Shown here piece after piece: positions 26,899 to 40,166 of a DNA stretch of 64,000 bases. The notes under the pieces were generated by a model. It searched no databases, had not been told where the DNA came from, and saw nothing but the letters and a program-made list of their open reading frames with translations. How positions within the stretch are numbered: the stretch's first letter is position 1; every line of letters begins with the position of its first letter. The stretch is from Epiperipatus broadwayi (Eukaryota > Animalia > Onychophora), in assembly GCA_028023455.1 (NCBI GenBank), contig JAQFVV010000003.1:5642001-5706000 (forward strand), given 5' to 3'. The position numbers were made by a program, and so were the translations under genes.

Positions 26899-28174
26899 TT
26901 ATAGTGGATGTAGACAATAGTAATACAATGTGTCTTAACACTTATATAAACGCAGCACATATCTGTATATATAAATAAAAAGTAGCCCTCTGTAAGGTAA
27001 AAGCCTCTTCAATATCCCCTCCCCTATAAAACATTATCCTCAAGGTGGCCAGTAAATTAATTATAGAATTTTTGAATTTCTATCCTTTTTAATATTCTAA
27101 CTAAGAATAGCTAAATATCGATTTACCAAGGGTAATATTGAATGATTAGCTAGGCCTGCTGTCGTTTAGCTTACAAAAAATGTGAGCTTGAGTGAATTAT
27201 AAAAAAATTAAGTTTTACCCGAATGAGATTCCATGTCAGGTTGTATACATAGCAGACAGCAGTATGTATTATACATAGGTATTTTAATATTAATTTATAA
27301 AGGTAATTTAAAACTCATTAGTTTATATTTGAAAATAAAAAATTATTTATATAAAGTAGCAACATCAAATACACACACAGACAAAAAAAAAACATTGCAT
27401 AATCTTATATAAAAAGCCAAAGGAATAGAAGATGAAATGTCAACCTTTCACAGATGCTTGCAATCCAGCGTGTAAACTGACAGACCTCACACAGAGCGTT
27501 TAATATTTTATCTCCTGTTTGTATGAAAAGTTTATGTCAAAAATGACATTTTAGAGCCGTTCTTACTTTGATGTAATTCATAATAATAAAAAAAAATACA
27601 TCCACAAAAGAATTGCTAACATATAATCAAGAAGTCGTTCGAGCTAGTTTGCTACTACAATATCTTGTAGAATTAAATAATAGTCAAATGTCAGTGCAGC
27701 TTAATACAAAACAAAATAAGGGATAGATGACATTTTATTTATTAAAATGCACTAGCTTAAGAACTAATTATGGGATTATGAAAACGCAAATAATTCATTC
27801 TACTAAAATGATAATAATTACATTCTTGATTGCTGAATAAATGTCCACTGCATGTATTTATATAGAGTCACACCAGAAAAATATGCATCTAAAGTATATA
27901 TATATTACCAAAAATGACTATAGAAGAGTAAATAAGATCAGAGGAGGAAAATGTATAATAATAGTAAATTGTGGACTCAGTTCCTATGAGAAAAGCTTTC
28001 CACGTTACAAGTGATGTGGAAATTAACATTTTTATTCATCTCAATTATCCTTAAACTTTAATATTACAACTAAAAATATAAAGATATTTTTTTATTTACG
28101 ACCCAATATTATATATGTAGATAGCTATATCAATTATAATCCAGTTATCTGAAAGCACATCAATATAAACACAA

Positions 28175-28239
28175 CCTTGGATTTGAATATTAGGACTTAA
28201 ACATGGAAAGCTAATACATTGCCACTGTACTAGAGCTAC
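28175..28239 (-). mobile_element. Degenerate tRNA-derived SINE head
   Basis: The minus strand has an A-box-like TAGTACAGTGG and a B-box-like ATTCAAATCC at tRNA-like spacing. Confidence 0.3.
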
Positions 28240-28689
28240 ATTTTTCTTGAAATTTTTATTATTCTTATAGACATGACACTAAACATTTCTTTTTTAAATT
28301 CATGTTAGATAGTGGCAACATCTCCTCTCTCTCTATTCTAGAATAAAACAATGTAAACATTAATTAGTCAGTAGATATTAGAAAACAGCTTGACAGAAAA
28401 GAGAAGAGAAAAATGCATTCAACCAAAGCAAAATTAAGTAAACAAAAAAAGTCACAGGATTCAGATTTTACTATTATATAATAATGATAAAATATGAGCT
28501 ACACAAGTTATGTTTTTAAGTATTGAATTTGATGACAAATGATAGAAATGCTATTCATGTGAGATAAATATATAATATAGAATGAGAAACAATATTTATA
28601 TAAACATATACAAGATATCCACATAATTTTCATTGGATTATGATGTTTAAAAACCTTGAACAAATACAAGTATTTTAATATATATATAT

Positions 28690-28874
28690 GAGAGCAAATC
28701 AGCTTGAAATCAGCTGATCTGAGGGTGGAGCAAAATGAAAGAGACAGTGAATATTGACTCTGACGTTTATGTAAACAAATACGCTTGTTTGGAGGTCTTG
28801 GTAAAGCTCCATCTATTGATCATTAATACAAGCGATAGCAGGTTTTTACGTATATAAAACTTGTTTTGTTTTTC
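28690..28874. mobile_element. Partial copy of the (TA)n-flanked family at 61.5 kb
   Basis: Homologous to the reverse complement of ~61474-61650 (CTCTGACGTTTATGTAAACAAA...ACGCTTG...GTCTTGGTA). Bounded by (TA)n on both sides. Confidence 0.8.
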
Positions 28875-31062
28875 ATATATATATATATTGCACTAGTAAT
28901 AGTAGCACAACAAATATTATTGGAATTCATTAAAAAAAAAAGCAGTTTTAAATCATAGAAGCTTGAACGAAAGTTATACTTCTATTTATAAAAGCTTCAT
29001 TCTACACTTTTAATTTTAATGTAAATTTTGAAGAGTAATACAAAATTTCTTAGGTTCAAATTATAAACACTAGATGAGTTACATGAATATTAAAAAAAGA
29101 CCCAGAGCTAGGACAGGTCTACCTATAAAAGAAAAAAATATACTGCATCCTATCCAGTGACAATTTAATAATTATAGGAGAAAGTGTGCTATCTTATTTA
29201 TTACAATGAATGCCAGATTATAGAGTGTGAATTCCTTGGATTGATTCTAGTTCTGTATTTCTGGTATTCAAACTTCTTATGAATTCTCAAGCACTAAAGA
29301 CATTCCATTATTTTATTTTACTACAATTCACTAAAAAATTTCATATTTGAAGGCCTTTAACTAACAAGTTATTTTTATAACTTCATCATAAAATATACAT
29401 AAATGCAGTTTAATGATGTAATATAGCTGCATTAATTCTCATAAAGTTTAACTGACTTCCACAACTGAATGAGCATATGAATTGTTAGATTCTCTATATT
29501 AGGTATGGCAAAATAAGATTTTAACTAGCTCACTGCAGGGTACACCTCTCCATATTCTTTTACAAAGAAAGAGTTAAGAGAATATATTAGACAGTTGTTT
29601 GCAAAATTGTGGTGGAAGACAGTTTGAACACATTTCGATTCTTACTTTATTTTCTGGCTAATAATGTTTTGATATCCATTAATAGAACAATAATTACAGA
29701 TAAAGCAATTTCAGAGTCAATACTGAGGAAATTTCACTGGATAGTAAGGTCTGTTATGTATCATCTACATGGAAAAATTTTAAGCCTTATTAAAACCCAA
29801 AAAATATTCATGTTTACTTAGCTACCTATGATGTAGAACATGACATATAGATTCATAAATAAAAGACAAATATATAAAATTTAAATAAAATATTGAAATA
29901 TTTCTAATATTATCACTATATTATAATCTCATATAGCATGGTAATAAAGTCACATGCTAGCATAACTTTTAAATAATACATGAAAGTGAATTGACATCAA
30001 ACAATTAAGTCTTGGTTTTCATTAAAATAAATTACAAATGTCAAACATGACTAGACTGCTTAAAGTTTCAAGATTTGCAAATGATGAACACATTTTATAA
30101 AAACCAGGATACTGAACTCTGATAGAACATGATATGTTTGGAAATCAATGCTCAATGAGAAAAAAAGTGATGATTTTATTGAAATAATGTAGCTAAAAAA
30201 AGAAACAACCATATCCAGAATGAAACAAATTCCTAAACTGATCATATATTATCTCACTACTCCAATTCAATTAATACAATCTGTTGATTGAGAGCTTCTC
30301 AAACAGAACATTTATGGATATATCACCAGTTTGAAGATAATGTTTTTTGATGTGAATATTAACTATAGAAAAATGCTGGTGTCATAAACTTAAAAACCAA
30401 ACAATGGATAATTGAGAATATGTCACATCATTGAATGAACAATCCTTTATAATTCTACCATAATCTGAAATCTACTATAGAAGTGTTATAAAAGAAACCT
30501 ATCACCTAGACTGCCCTTGACCAACTGTGAAGATGATGGTGAAAAGTCACATTCAGGTTTTTCTTGAACTAATCATTACTCTGCATTAAGTATTATGGTT
30601 CTCAAAATATTTTAACTATTGAAGGATCATAAATAACTATGATTCAAAATAATAATCCTATAACCCATGTATTTTAAACATTAAAATACAATGAGGATGG
30701 TTGAGAATCTGGTGCATTTCTTAAATTACTGAAGAGATCAACATTCTATATGATAATTCTTAGAAAACTTTGGATTCTTCTCTGTGATGAATATCTTCAT
30801 ATGTTTTTAGAAATTGCTTAAGTGTTATAATCACAGATGATCTTGTTATCTTTTCAACTATGAGTGTGTTTTATTTTTTATTAATATTAGTAAAACAATT
30901 ACAAACAGGTTTTTTTTTCTCATTTTCCTTCATTTTAAAAAGTTTTGATTGTATGACATATGTTCTTCAACAATTTATACATTCAAAGTGATTTTTTTTT
31001 TTGTTTTTTAGATATTATCCTATAAACTCATGATAAAAGTTTATGCATATACATTAGATATG

Positions 31063-31410
31063 CAGATTATTTTGTAAATAAATTTGATATTTTTGATGCA
31101 TATAAGTTTATTACAAAAAAAATGTAACTGTCCAAATGTAATCTTTTCTGTTGCAATCTCCTAATGTGTGATCAATTCTTCCTATACTAATATGGATTAA
31201 AAAGGTAAAACATAAACTCAGTACTCATACTAATACAGATTATTTTGTAAATAAATTTGATATTTTTGATGCATATAAGTTTATTACAAAAAAAATGTAA
31301 CTGTCCAAATGTAATCTTTTCTGTTGCAATCTCCTAATGTGTGATCAATTCTTCCTATACTAATATGGATTAAAAAGGTAAAACATAAACTCAGTACTCA
31401 TACTAATACA
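31063..31410. repeat. Perfect 173-bp tandem duplication
   Basis: 31063-31235 is identical by eye to 31236-31408, with CA microhomology at the junction. Confidence 0.95.
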
Positions 31411-32899
31411 ACAACATCTCCCTCCCTCTAGTAGTAGAGATTGCATCATATTACAATCAAATACATTTATTGAGATCTGTAGCCTGATTTTAAACTTAGG
31501 GCATGCACTCATTTAAAATTCATTATACACTTTTTTAAATGTAATGATTAACTTCAACACAAAAATAAATTAATAGGTTGAACTTAATATTTTTTCCATG
31601 TATGGTATTAATATTTTTACCTTGAAACACAATGAAAAAAACTATAAATGTTAAAAGTAAACAAAGCAATGTATAATAAATAAAAAAAGAAACAAATACA
31701 AATAATCTCTCACGCTTAACTTCATTTTTTCAAAATTATATACTACTTTATTATGAGGGCAATAAAAAATAATGAAAATATCAATAAAAAAATACAGTAA
31801 TGAAAAAGGATTAAAAATTAAAAATCGATGACAAGATACCACTTTTTAAAAATGTGCTTATAAAGGACAGTCTTTCCCCAGAAATAGCTCCTCATTAACT
31901 CAGATTAATCTGAGTATTGTATCAATTTATCAACAAATTATAATACAGTAGCTGATTTAGCTGAAGACCAGCTACCTGAAAAAAAATCATAGGTTTAATT
32001 GTTATCCAAAATATTTACATATTTAACACTACCAAGACTTGAAGCCAAAGCCATATTTATAACAAAACATATCCTAACTATTACATCATACCCACATTTT
32101 CTCCTCTCATTAAAGCAACAATCTTATTTCTTCATCAATTATTATCATTATCTAAAACTATGCACTTTCTAGTTTTTTGGAAAAAAATTGAATGGGTTCA
32201 GATATGCTTTACACTATTTTTAATGTCACTTGTTTATATTCTAGGATCCAATTCTTATTGTTTGTGCTTTATATAATAACAAAATAGAGGTTTTAGTTTC
32301 TGATCATTATTCATAAGATATAGTTGGTTTAACAATTATATCTTGCTATTTATAATGTTTTTAATGAAAAAAACTCTTCAAAACCCCAGAGAAATGTGAT
32401 GCACTATTATTTAAGGGATCGCAGATTCATAGCTTATTCACATTGTTGACTTGGTAATTTATATATTTTTGATACTATTATTTAGGAAAGATCAAAAGGT
32501 ATTATAAAAAAAAAAATTTTAACAGTAGAGCAAATGTATTTTTAAATGCTCTTTAAAGAGAATGGCCAAGGAGAAGACATTACATATCAAATGTCTTCAA
32601 TGCTGAATAGCAATGATTTAATGTTTTTTTCATAATTGTTATTTCTAAGACAAGTTAGATATCCATTAACCAATCTATTGAATTGATTATAATTCAAATA
32701 TCTGAACATGATAAAGTAATAGTGTTTTTAAAAAATTTCAAGTCTTATCTGACCCATATTTGAATCCAAGTTATAAATGTTGGTAAACAAATGCACTGTC
32801 ACTGTGCAACAAGATCATATACTTATAACAAAACCCTATATAATATCCATATCCTCTTACTTAATTTTATTATGTTATTGGTTTGATGATATATATGAT

Positions 32900-34650
32900 T
32901 ATCAACTATTTGTCAGTGAATATGATCATTTCTATTCCAATATATATATACTTTAAAATTTTGCAATGATTATGAAAATTAATCTATGTGCAGAGATTTA
33001 TAATATTTAAAGTAATAGTGCATTATCGGAGTTCGACTTCCAATCTAAAAATTTCTATGAGCCATAAATACATCCACATATAGAATATGCTGATCCATAT
33101 TTAATATTTTGCAATCCTTTTTTCATCTTCTTCTGCAGAAAACCTTTTGTTCTGAAACACTTTGTATACTTAAACAGCATATCTACTTGCAGCTCTGCAA
33201 GGTATTATATTTTCTGGTATATCTTGATAACAGAAATAATAAACAGTATATTTCTTTAGAATGTCTTTAGATAATTTTTATAAAAGTCTATCTCTTCCAT
33301 AAAACCAGTTCAAGTTCATCAATAAAACACTCTTTTAAGAAATTTTGTATTGTTTATTATAATTGGTGGATTTTTTTAGATTTTATAGTATCACATCAAG
33401 AAAATTGAAGAACGTATTGTTTTATGATACCATCATTGTATTTTTAATTAAATGAGCATGCTGATGCTTTTGTGTTACATTGATAGATTATCCATATCTA
33501 ATTTTCTTATAATAAATTAAATCAAATAACAGCTCTATATGCAGCTTATTTAGTTGCAATAGTTACTTACCTGTGAGGAAATACTCTATCATTTAACCTA
33601 TTAGAGATAGCAGTTGCAAATGGGAGTTCAATATCTAAATACAGCTTTATACTTATAAAACCAATATATTTATTTTTTTTTACATTGTTAAGATAATAAC
33701 TATTCAAGCTACAAGTTGCTGGGAATTTTCCTTCCATTATAAGATGATAAAAAAATTCAGTCTTTCGAACATTTGTTTAATAATTAATGTACTAAAGACT
33801 GAAGATCTTTATATGTAGCATTCAAAATATTAAGTACGTTTTGTAACTTGTCTTTTGAACAAGCAAAAATAACACATTTTTAAAATACCATAACACAAGA
33901 AGAGTAAATTCTTGTTACAATTTTAATTGATAGGAATTTAAAATGTCACTATCAAATGTGTGTTGCATCTTTATTCCAAATACATTAAGTAGCCTTTAAA
34001 CAGTTTCAAAGACCACAGCCATAAAAATCAAAAATAATATTGAGCAATTACATATCCTTATTTAATGCTAGTTGTTTTTTAATGCAGTAGATCTTCGACA
34101 GATAATAACAATTTTCTTCTCATTCTATCTTGTAGAAGCTGTATAATATGAATACATTTTGGTTTGATAATCAATTAATTTCAAGCAATATGATAGATCT
34201 ATTTGATTAACTGAATTAAATGTATTAACCAAATCAATAAAAAAATATATTAAAATCACTCTTTTACTCCTGAAATTTTTTTGTATTTGCTTAGTAACAA
34301 AACATGGTCTATAATGCATCTTAAATCTCTAAAACTCTGGAATCATTTTTATAATTAGAAGCAAAAAATTCAAAAAAATAATTGAAAGCAATCTTATCTG
34401 TTCCCTTTATTTTTAAAAATTAAAAGCATTCTTAGAATCAGGATGCATAATTTTATGCTTCCATATATTCCTAAATATTCAATATTTTTCTAAGTTAACA
34501 CATCATTATTATATTTTAAATTTTTTCTATGTATTTCATCATGATCTGAAGCCTTCCTATTTTAAAGATTACAAAAAGATATTTTGACTTGACCAAGCTG
34601 AATATTTTTATTCAAATCTAATTGAATAGAAAAAATGGATATATAATTAT
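32900..34650 (-). pseudogene. Decayed 5'-truncated non-LTR retrotransposon RT (RTE/CR1-like)
   Basis: Minus-strand remnants in RT order: GRASDHDEI..LKY, HYRP, FIDLVNTFNSV, SIK*GYVNCSILF, VLFACSKDKLQNVLNIL. The left boundary is approximate. Confidence 0.6.
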
Positions 34651-34861
34651 AAGTCATTACATGATCACCATTTCTTATGTTTGCTCATAACTGTTATTAA
34701 AATGGGCAAAACTCTCCATACAGTAATGCCACTCAGTGCAAGCCAGAATAATCAATGTATGCCAGAAGGCTTGTTCATAAAATCCCTAACTAGCTTGTGG
34801 CTTTCATCAGTGAGGAACCTTGGATCTGAGAGCACTGCACCTAGATCTCAGATCCAAGGCT

Positions 34862-34901
34862 CCTCACTAATGACAGCCACAAGCTAGAAACTAGTCTGGG
34901 G
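34862..34901 (+). ncRNA. Minimal type I hammerhead ribozyme, copy 1 (G5A substitution, probably inactive)
   Basis: CCTCA-CTAATGA-CAGC-CACAA-GCTA-GAAAC-TA-GTC-TGGGG. Stem I is CCTCA/TGGGG, stem II is AGC/GCT, stem III is the palindrome ACTAGT, and the cleavage triplet GUC is at 34894-34896. Confidence 0.85.
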
Positions 34902-35317
34902 ATATTGGATGAGTAAGCACTAAATAGGGATTTTATGCACAAGCCTTCTGGCATCCATTGATTACTCTGGCTTGCACGGAGTGGCACTAATGTATGGAGA
35001 GTTTTGCCTGTTTTAAAAACAGTTATGAGCAAGCATAAGAAATGGTGATCATATGATATTTAGTGGTTTAATACCAGTCCTGCCTGATAGAATAGCGGTG
35101 GCTATGGTTATTAATGAACCAAAGATACTAAAATGTATGGGTACTGGGCTAAGTTCAGACCTATATGACTATATAAGCTAATGAGCTTGGATTGAAACTA
35201 TTATTATGTTTTCAATTTTAGACTCATAGTTTTGTAGTTAAGTAGAGATAAAAAGTGGTTGCTGGAGGGTTGCATTAGATACTAAAATCTAGGTGCAGTG
35301 CTCTCAGATCCAAGGCT

Positions 35318-35357
35318 TCTTACTGATGAAAACAACAAGCTAGAAACTAGTCTTGGG
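35318..35357 (+). ncRNA. Minimal type I hammerhead ribozyme, copy 2 (core intact, stems degraded)
   Basis: TCTTA-CTGATGA-AAAC-AACAA-GCTA-GAAAC-TA-GTC-TTGGG, with GUC at 35350-35352. Confidence 0.75.
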
Positions 35358-36512
35358 ATATTGGATGAGTAGGCACTAGAAAGGGATTTTATGCACAAGC
35401 CTTATGGCATTCATTGATTATTCTGGCTGGTGCTGAGTGGAACTGCTGTATGGAGAGTTTGCTCATTTTGTTACTCAATTCCTGTGTCATTATTTTAACA
35501 AATCAAAATCCATCTTTTACCTATTCAAAATATTATTGCCATCACATAATAGAGTGCCATTTCTGAATTTAATAGAGTTGTGATATCACTTCTCAGTGTA
35601 TTGAGAAAAAAAACTAAGAATGACTATAATCAATGTATGACTGTATTACCTTGGCAGTTTGAATCCACCAATCATTTTAAGTCTTCTTGTTAGCCAAAAA
35701 ATTCTGCTCTTTAAATATTTATATCTAATTTATTATTTTACCAAATCAAAAATATCGTTTCCTTTTAATCAAGTCACTAATAATAATTTCCTTATCAAAC
35801 GTCAGTTATACATTTTCATTTTACTAAACCCAGGAATAAATTTATTTGTATCCATAATACACTTCTTACAATAATTCTGTGCCTCAGTAATAAGACAGTT
35901 GTAAAGCTTTAAATTAACAATTTTAGTATTTAATAGTTGTTGAAATTTAGTACATGTATTAGATACTTCTAAACTATGAATATCAATTTTCTGGTAAATA
36001 TGATTAAAATAAACCCATATTTTAATACAACTATCATTTAAATCTTGTAGCATACTAATCTATGATTTATCCAACTATCTATGCTTATAAGTGCTCATAA
36101 AATATGAATGCTTTTGTATTATAACTTCTAATGCCAATGTTTTTATCAATTAATGAATCCATGTTCTTTTATAGTGATTTCTACCTATGTCAATCCATGA
36201 AATGTGCAAAAATTCAATAACAACAGACCATTATTTCCAACAACTTTTGGACAAGTCTACTATATTTGCATTAGAATCTTGAAGAAGAAAAATTCAGTCT
36301 TTTAATATTATCCAAAAAGATAAAAGCTTTTCCCCCTCTAAGTTCTTTGAATATAATGTTAAAGCACATGCAGTAATAAAATACCATTTCTCTTTTTTTA
36401 TATAATAAAAATTTTGATTAATTAGCTAAATGCTGTTAATACAATAAGCACTCTTGTATTTACTAGATTTTATGCCAATGCAAAATAATCCTTTATATAA
36501 TCTAATAAAGTA

Positions 36513-36586
36513 CAGTGGTGCTAAAAAATGTATAAATATATTTGGTTAGTCAGCTAAAACTAAAAATTATGCTGGAAAAAGCACTG
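36513..36586. mobile_element. Possible tiny Tc1/mariner-type MITE remnant
   Basis: TA|CAGTG...CACTG|TA. The TIR match is only 5 bp exact. Confidence 0.3.
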
Positions 36587-37942
36587 TATTTAATTTTATT
36601 ATGACATAAATGAAACATATATATGTGTGTGTATCTATAGATATTTGAATAAATATACACACATACAACATTTTTATTAAGTCTAAATCAAGCTGATATA
36701 AGAAGTCCAAGGTTAGGTTCACACATGTAGATTAGTATTTTAAAAGCATTTGCTAAGTGCATTAAATAGATTTAAATTTTCAGTTGCAAAGTATATTTTT
36801 ATCATTTTAGAGGATAAAGAAGCTAGTAAAATATTTTACAATTTAATGTCAACATAAAATATATCAATTTAATTAAGGTTGTGATAGAGGAAAACTTTTA
36901 ACAAAATGCAATTTACATATTCAATGTTACAAGTATAAAAAAAAAACGTAACTTGATAAAAATATTGCTATCATACTGAGATCACATTAATGGTTAAAAT
37001 CATAGAATATTTAAAGTAAATATAGTCTGGATCCAGAATTTTCACTTTTTTATATAAAGTGTACTTTATATATGTCTATATGTGCTGGGCTGTAGTTAAT
37101 TAATAAGTTAGCCTGTCATGCCCATTGACTAAAGTTGAAGTACAGAGTAGAACTAAACTTTTTTACTAGCTTACGAATTTTCCAAGTAAGAGCATGTAAT
37201 GATCCCATTGTCAACAAAATTAATCATTTAATATTTTTTCAAGTATCGAATATTACATGAAAAAGTAGTTATTTTTTACCAGACATTCAATATTATTAAG
37301 GAAATACTTTAGATAGTTATTTATTCTATATAATAAAAATTAAAATGAATCTACAAATAATCTGCATGTGTTAGATGAGTATCAATACACAACCCATAAA
37401 AAACACATGCCCAATAGAAATTTGACACCATCATCATCATCATCATTTATGAAAGAGATGTTATACATATTCAAATTCTGGTTCTATGGTTTTTTTTTAT
37501 AGTCTATTCTCATTATCATTTTTTTTTAAAAATGATGAATTATCTAAGTATCTTTCTATTTTTTCATCTTTGTCATTTTTATTTCATTCAATAACTTTTT
37601 TCTATTCACTAAATGGTTTATTTCTCTATCTATCTATTTATTAATAATATGTAAATAGATTTATTAATGCTCTTTGCTTTTCTTTAGACATCTATTTCCA
37701 TTAACCTTATATATAAGTGATTGTGTGTGTAAGTATGAATAAATATATACATTTATATTATTTAAATGTGCACAGATTTACAAATACATGTATATATTTT
37801 TTAATGTCTAACTTGAACTAATATAAGAGAGCCATGATGATGTTTATATAAATGCTTAATTACTAAATTTCAGGATATCTTTTGATATATTTGTCAAAAA
37901 AAGTTTGTCTTTACTGTCGGATTTTTAAATATATATATAAAA

Positions 37943-38260
37943 TTTTTAACGGTGAATACAATATTATAGTTTAAATTCTTTTATAACGCTTTCGATTACG
38001 TAGAATTTCTAGTCAGCTTTAACTGAATTTCAAATTTTTAAACTTAATGTTGTGTATATTTCCATAAGCTGTGTATGGCTGTATTTGCAACTTGCCTATT
38101 AATAACATCATCTTTATATATATATATTTCAATCAAAATTGCTTTATACATAACATTAAGTTTAAAAATTTGAAATTCAGTTAAAGCTGATGAGGATTAC
38201 CACGTAATCGAAAGCGCTGCAAAAGAATTTAAACTATAATATTGTATTTACCGTTAAAAA
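37943..38260. mobile_element. Foldback (116-bp arms, 86-bp spacer) flanked by (TA)n, with a hammerhead-like core in each arm
   Basis: 37943-38058 is the reverse complement of 38145-38260. The + arm reads CTGATGA-G-GATTAC-CAC-GTAATC-GAAA-GCGCTG (38187-38219). Confidence 0.8.
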
Positions 38261-40094
38261 ATATATATATATATGTATAATATTTTATGGGTATTGTATT
38301 TTACATATATATATATATATAGCCTAACAACTTATAAATAAAAACAAATAATTTCAATAAAATATTTTAATAAGAAACCATCTTGTAATATAGTCAAAAA
38401 TTATTAGAATTTTACATTGAAAGAAACCCTTACCAAAAAAAAAAAAAAAATTTACCATGTGCTTTTTAAAAAAAAATCTTAACTGAAATTATAAATTAAT
38501 GTTTGATAATCTCTCAAGACATTTTATTCATTGCGATGTTTTTTCCAAATTATTTGCTATTCAATACCATATTAGAAACAATAATATAAGATTTTCAAGT
38601 ACTGTAATTTTTGTAATTTAAACTTTCTTTAACAAACTTCTTTGAAATCTGCATTTAGACAGATGTACAGTTGAGAGTATGAATATTAAATTTTAATCCT
38701 ATAAAACTGCATTAGGCACTTTAGTTATATGTTTATTAAAAAATGTACCTACATAGTAATTATTGCACGGGTCTGTTATATCCATGACTTGAAGGTCAAA
38801 TTTAGAGTGGATAGGAATTCTTCATTTATATAAAGATTTTCCAAAAAGCTCAGGCTTACTTGATTAAGCATCTCCTAGTTAATTTAAGTAAATGAAAAAT
38901 AAAATAACATTCAAATTACCGATTGCAAAGCAAAGGATTCCTAAACAGTCTTTCAAATGCAACAGGAAGTATTCATTAGGCTTGTCAATATTCATGAAGC
39001 AAGGCTTAGCATGTTTTTATATCTTATTTTACATTTTAGATAAGAATAACTAGATATTCATTCACAACCAATATTGATGACTAAATAAATTAGCTATGGA
39101 TTAATCACTGAAAAAGTTCAAAGTTTATTTAAAAATTCAATTTTACTTGCACTGAATTGAAGCACAAACAAATAGATGCACTACCTAGAATCAGCCAATA
39201 TTGGTAAGTGAATGGATATTTAATCAGATAGTAAATGTGCCATTCCAATTTTAGCATAAAGCATACAAATATTTGAAGTGTTGAACAATGTTTACCACAA
39301 TAAGTGCTCATATATTATTGGATTATTTTACATTGTTATTCTTAACTCTAAAACAATCCCTAAGGCACCATTATTTTAAATGTGAATGCATCTATTTTCC
39401 TTTGAAGTGATGTTTCTGTCAACAACTATTTTTGACATTCAAATCATGTGTTGCCAAAAAAATTCAATATCAACAGAATGAGTCTTCAAATCTAGTAACA
39501 TTACTTTCAACAATTTTGAATAGTAGTTGACTGTTCGGACTAACTTTAAATTACATTTTCAAAAAAAAAAGGTTTTTTATTGGTGGTATTGTTGGAATAA
39601 CCCTATCCATCAAAAAATAAAGAACTTTACTTTTCTGTGTTTTCTGAATCTAATGTTGAAAAATAAGCATTGATAAAACAAATACAGCAAATTATATATA
39701 TATATTTTCTGGATTAAAATGAAAACATTTAAAAGTAAAAGTAAATTACTTGAGTCATTTAGTTTTGCCTATTCTGTGAATTTTTAAAAAAATAATATTT
39801 CAAAGTTGCAGAAGTATGTTACAAGAGCTATCAATCAACAAAAAAAAAAAAATAAGGAAAAAATTATTACAAAGATTGAAATATCAACATTCAATAGTTT
39901 TTGAAAAAAAATGATAAAAATAACTATTGATAGTAATGAATTAAAAATTAACTGAAATTTTGAATTGAACTTGGATTGAATACTTTTAAAGATTAAATTA
40001 AGCTAATGTTAAAATAAAATGTGCCTTATATGCCTAAAAGAAAAAATAATATATGCTTTATGATTACTCAATTATTTTTTTCTCATATTTCAAA

Positions 40095-40166
40095 TGCGGT
40101 GACCAGGAAGCAAACCCGGGCCAGCTGCTTGGAAGGCAGCTATGCTAACTGTTAGGCCACCAACGC
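40095..40166 (-). pseudogene. tRNA-Gly(TCC) pseudogene or retroposon, best-preserved copy
   Basis: Minus strand GCGTTGGTGGCCTAACAGTTAGCATAGCTGCCTTCCAAGCAGCTGGCCCGGGTTTGCTTCCTGGTCACCGCA. The anticodon arm GCTGC-CTTCCAA-GCAGC is intact, but the acceptor stem and A/B boxes are mutated. It has the same TGTCAA leader, TTTGA trailer and A-tract as the other copies. Confidence 0.85.

Larger units (their letters stand above)
34655..35470. mobile_element. Hammerhead-bearing ~456-nt repeat: an inverted partial copy followed by head-to-tail direct copies (PLE pseudo-LTR or retrozyme-like)
   Basis: 34655-34846 is the reverse complement of the family sequence. Direct copies run from 34847 to 35470. Equivalent motifs recur 456 nt apart. 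Confidence 0.9.

Noticed and set aside
33240-33700. Penelope-type RT motifs (FLDV, KST) next to the hammerhead repeat
   Set aside because: The upstream sequence carries LINE-type motifs (YRP, FIDL..FNSV, QG-like). The remnant is better explained as an RTE/CR1-like LINE, so no PLE ORF is supported.
40095-40166. Functional tRNA-Gly gene
   Set aside because: The acceptor stem is mispaired, the D-loop GG and T-loop TTCG are altered, and it carries the A-tail of the retroposed family.
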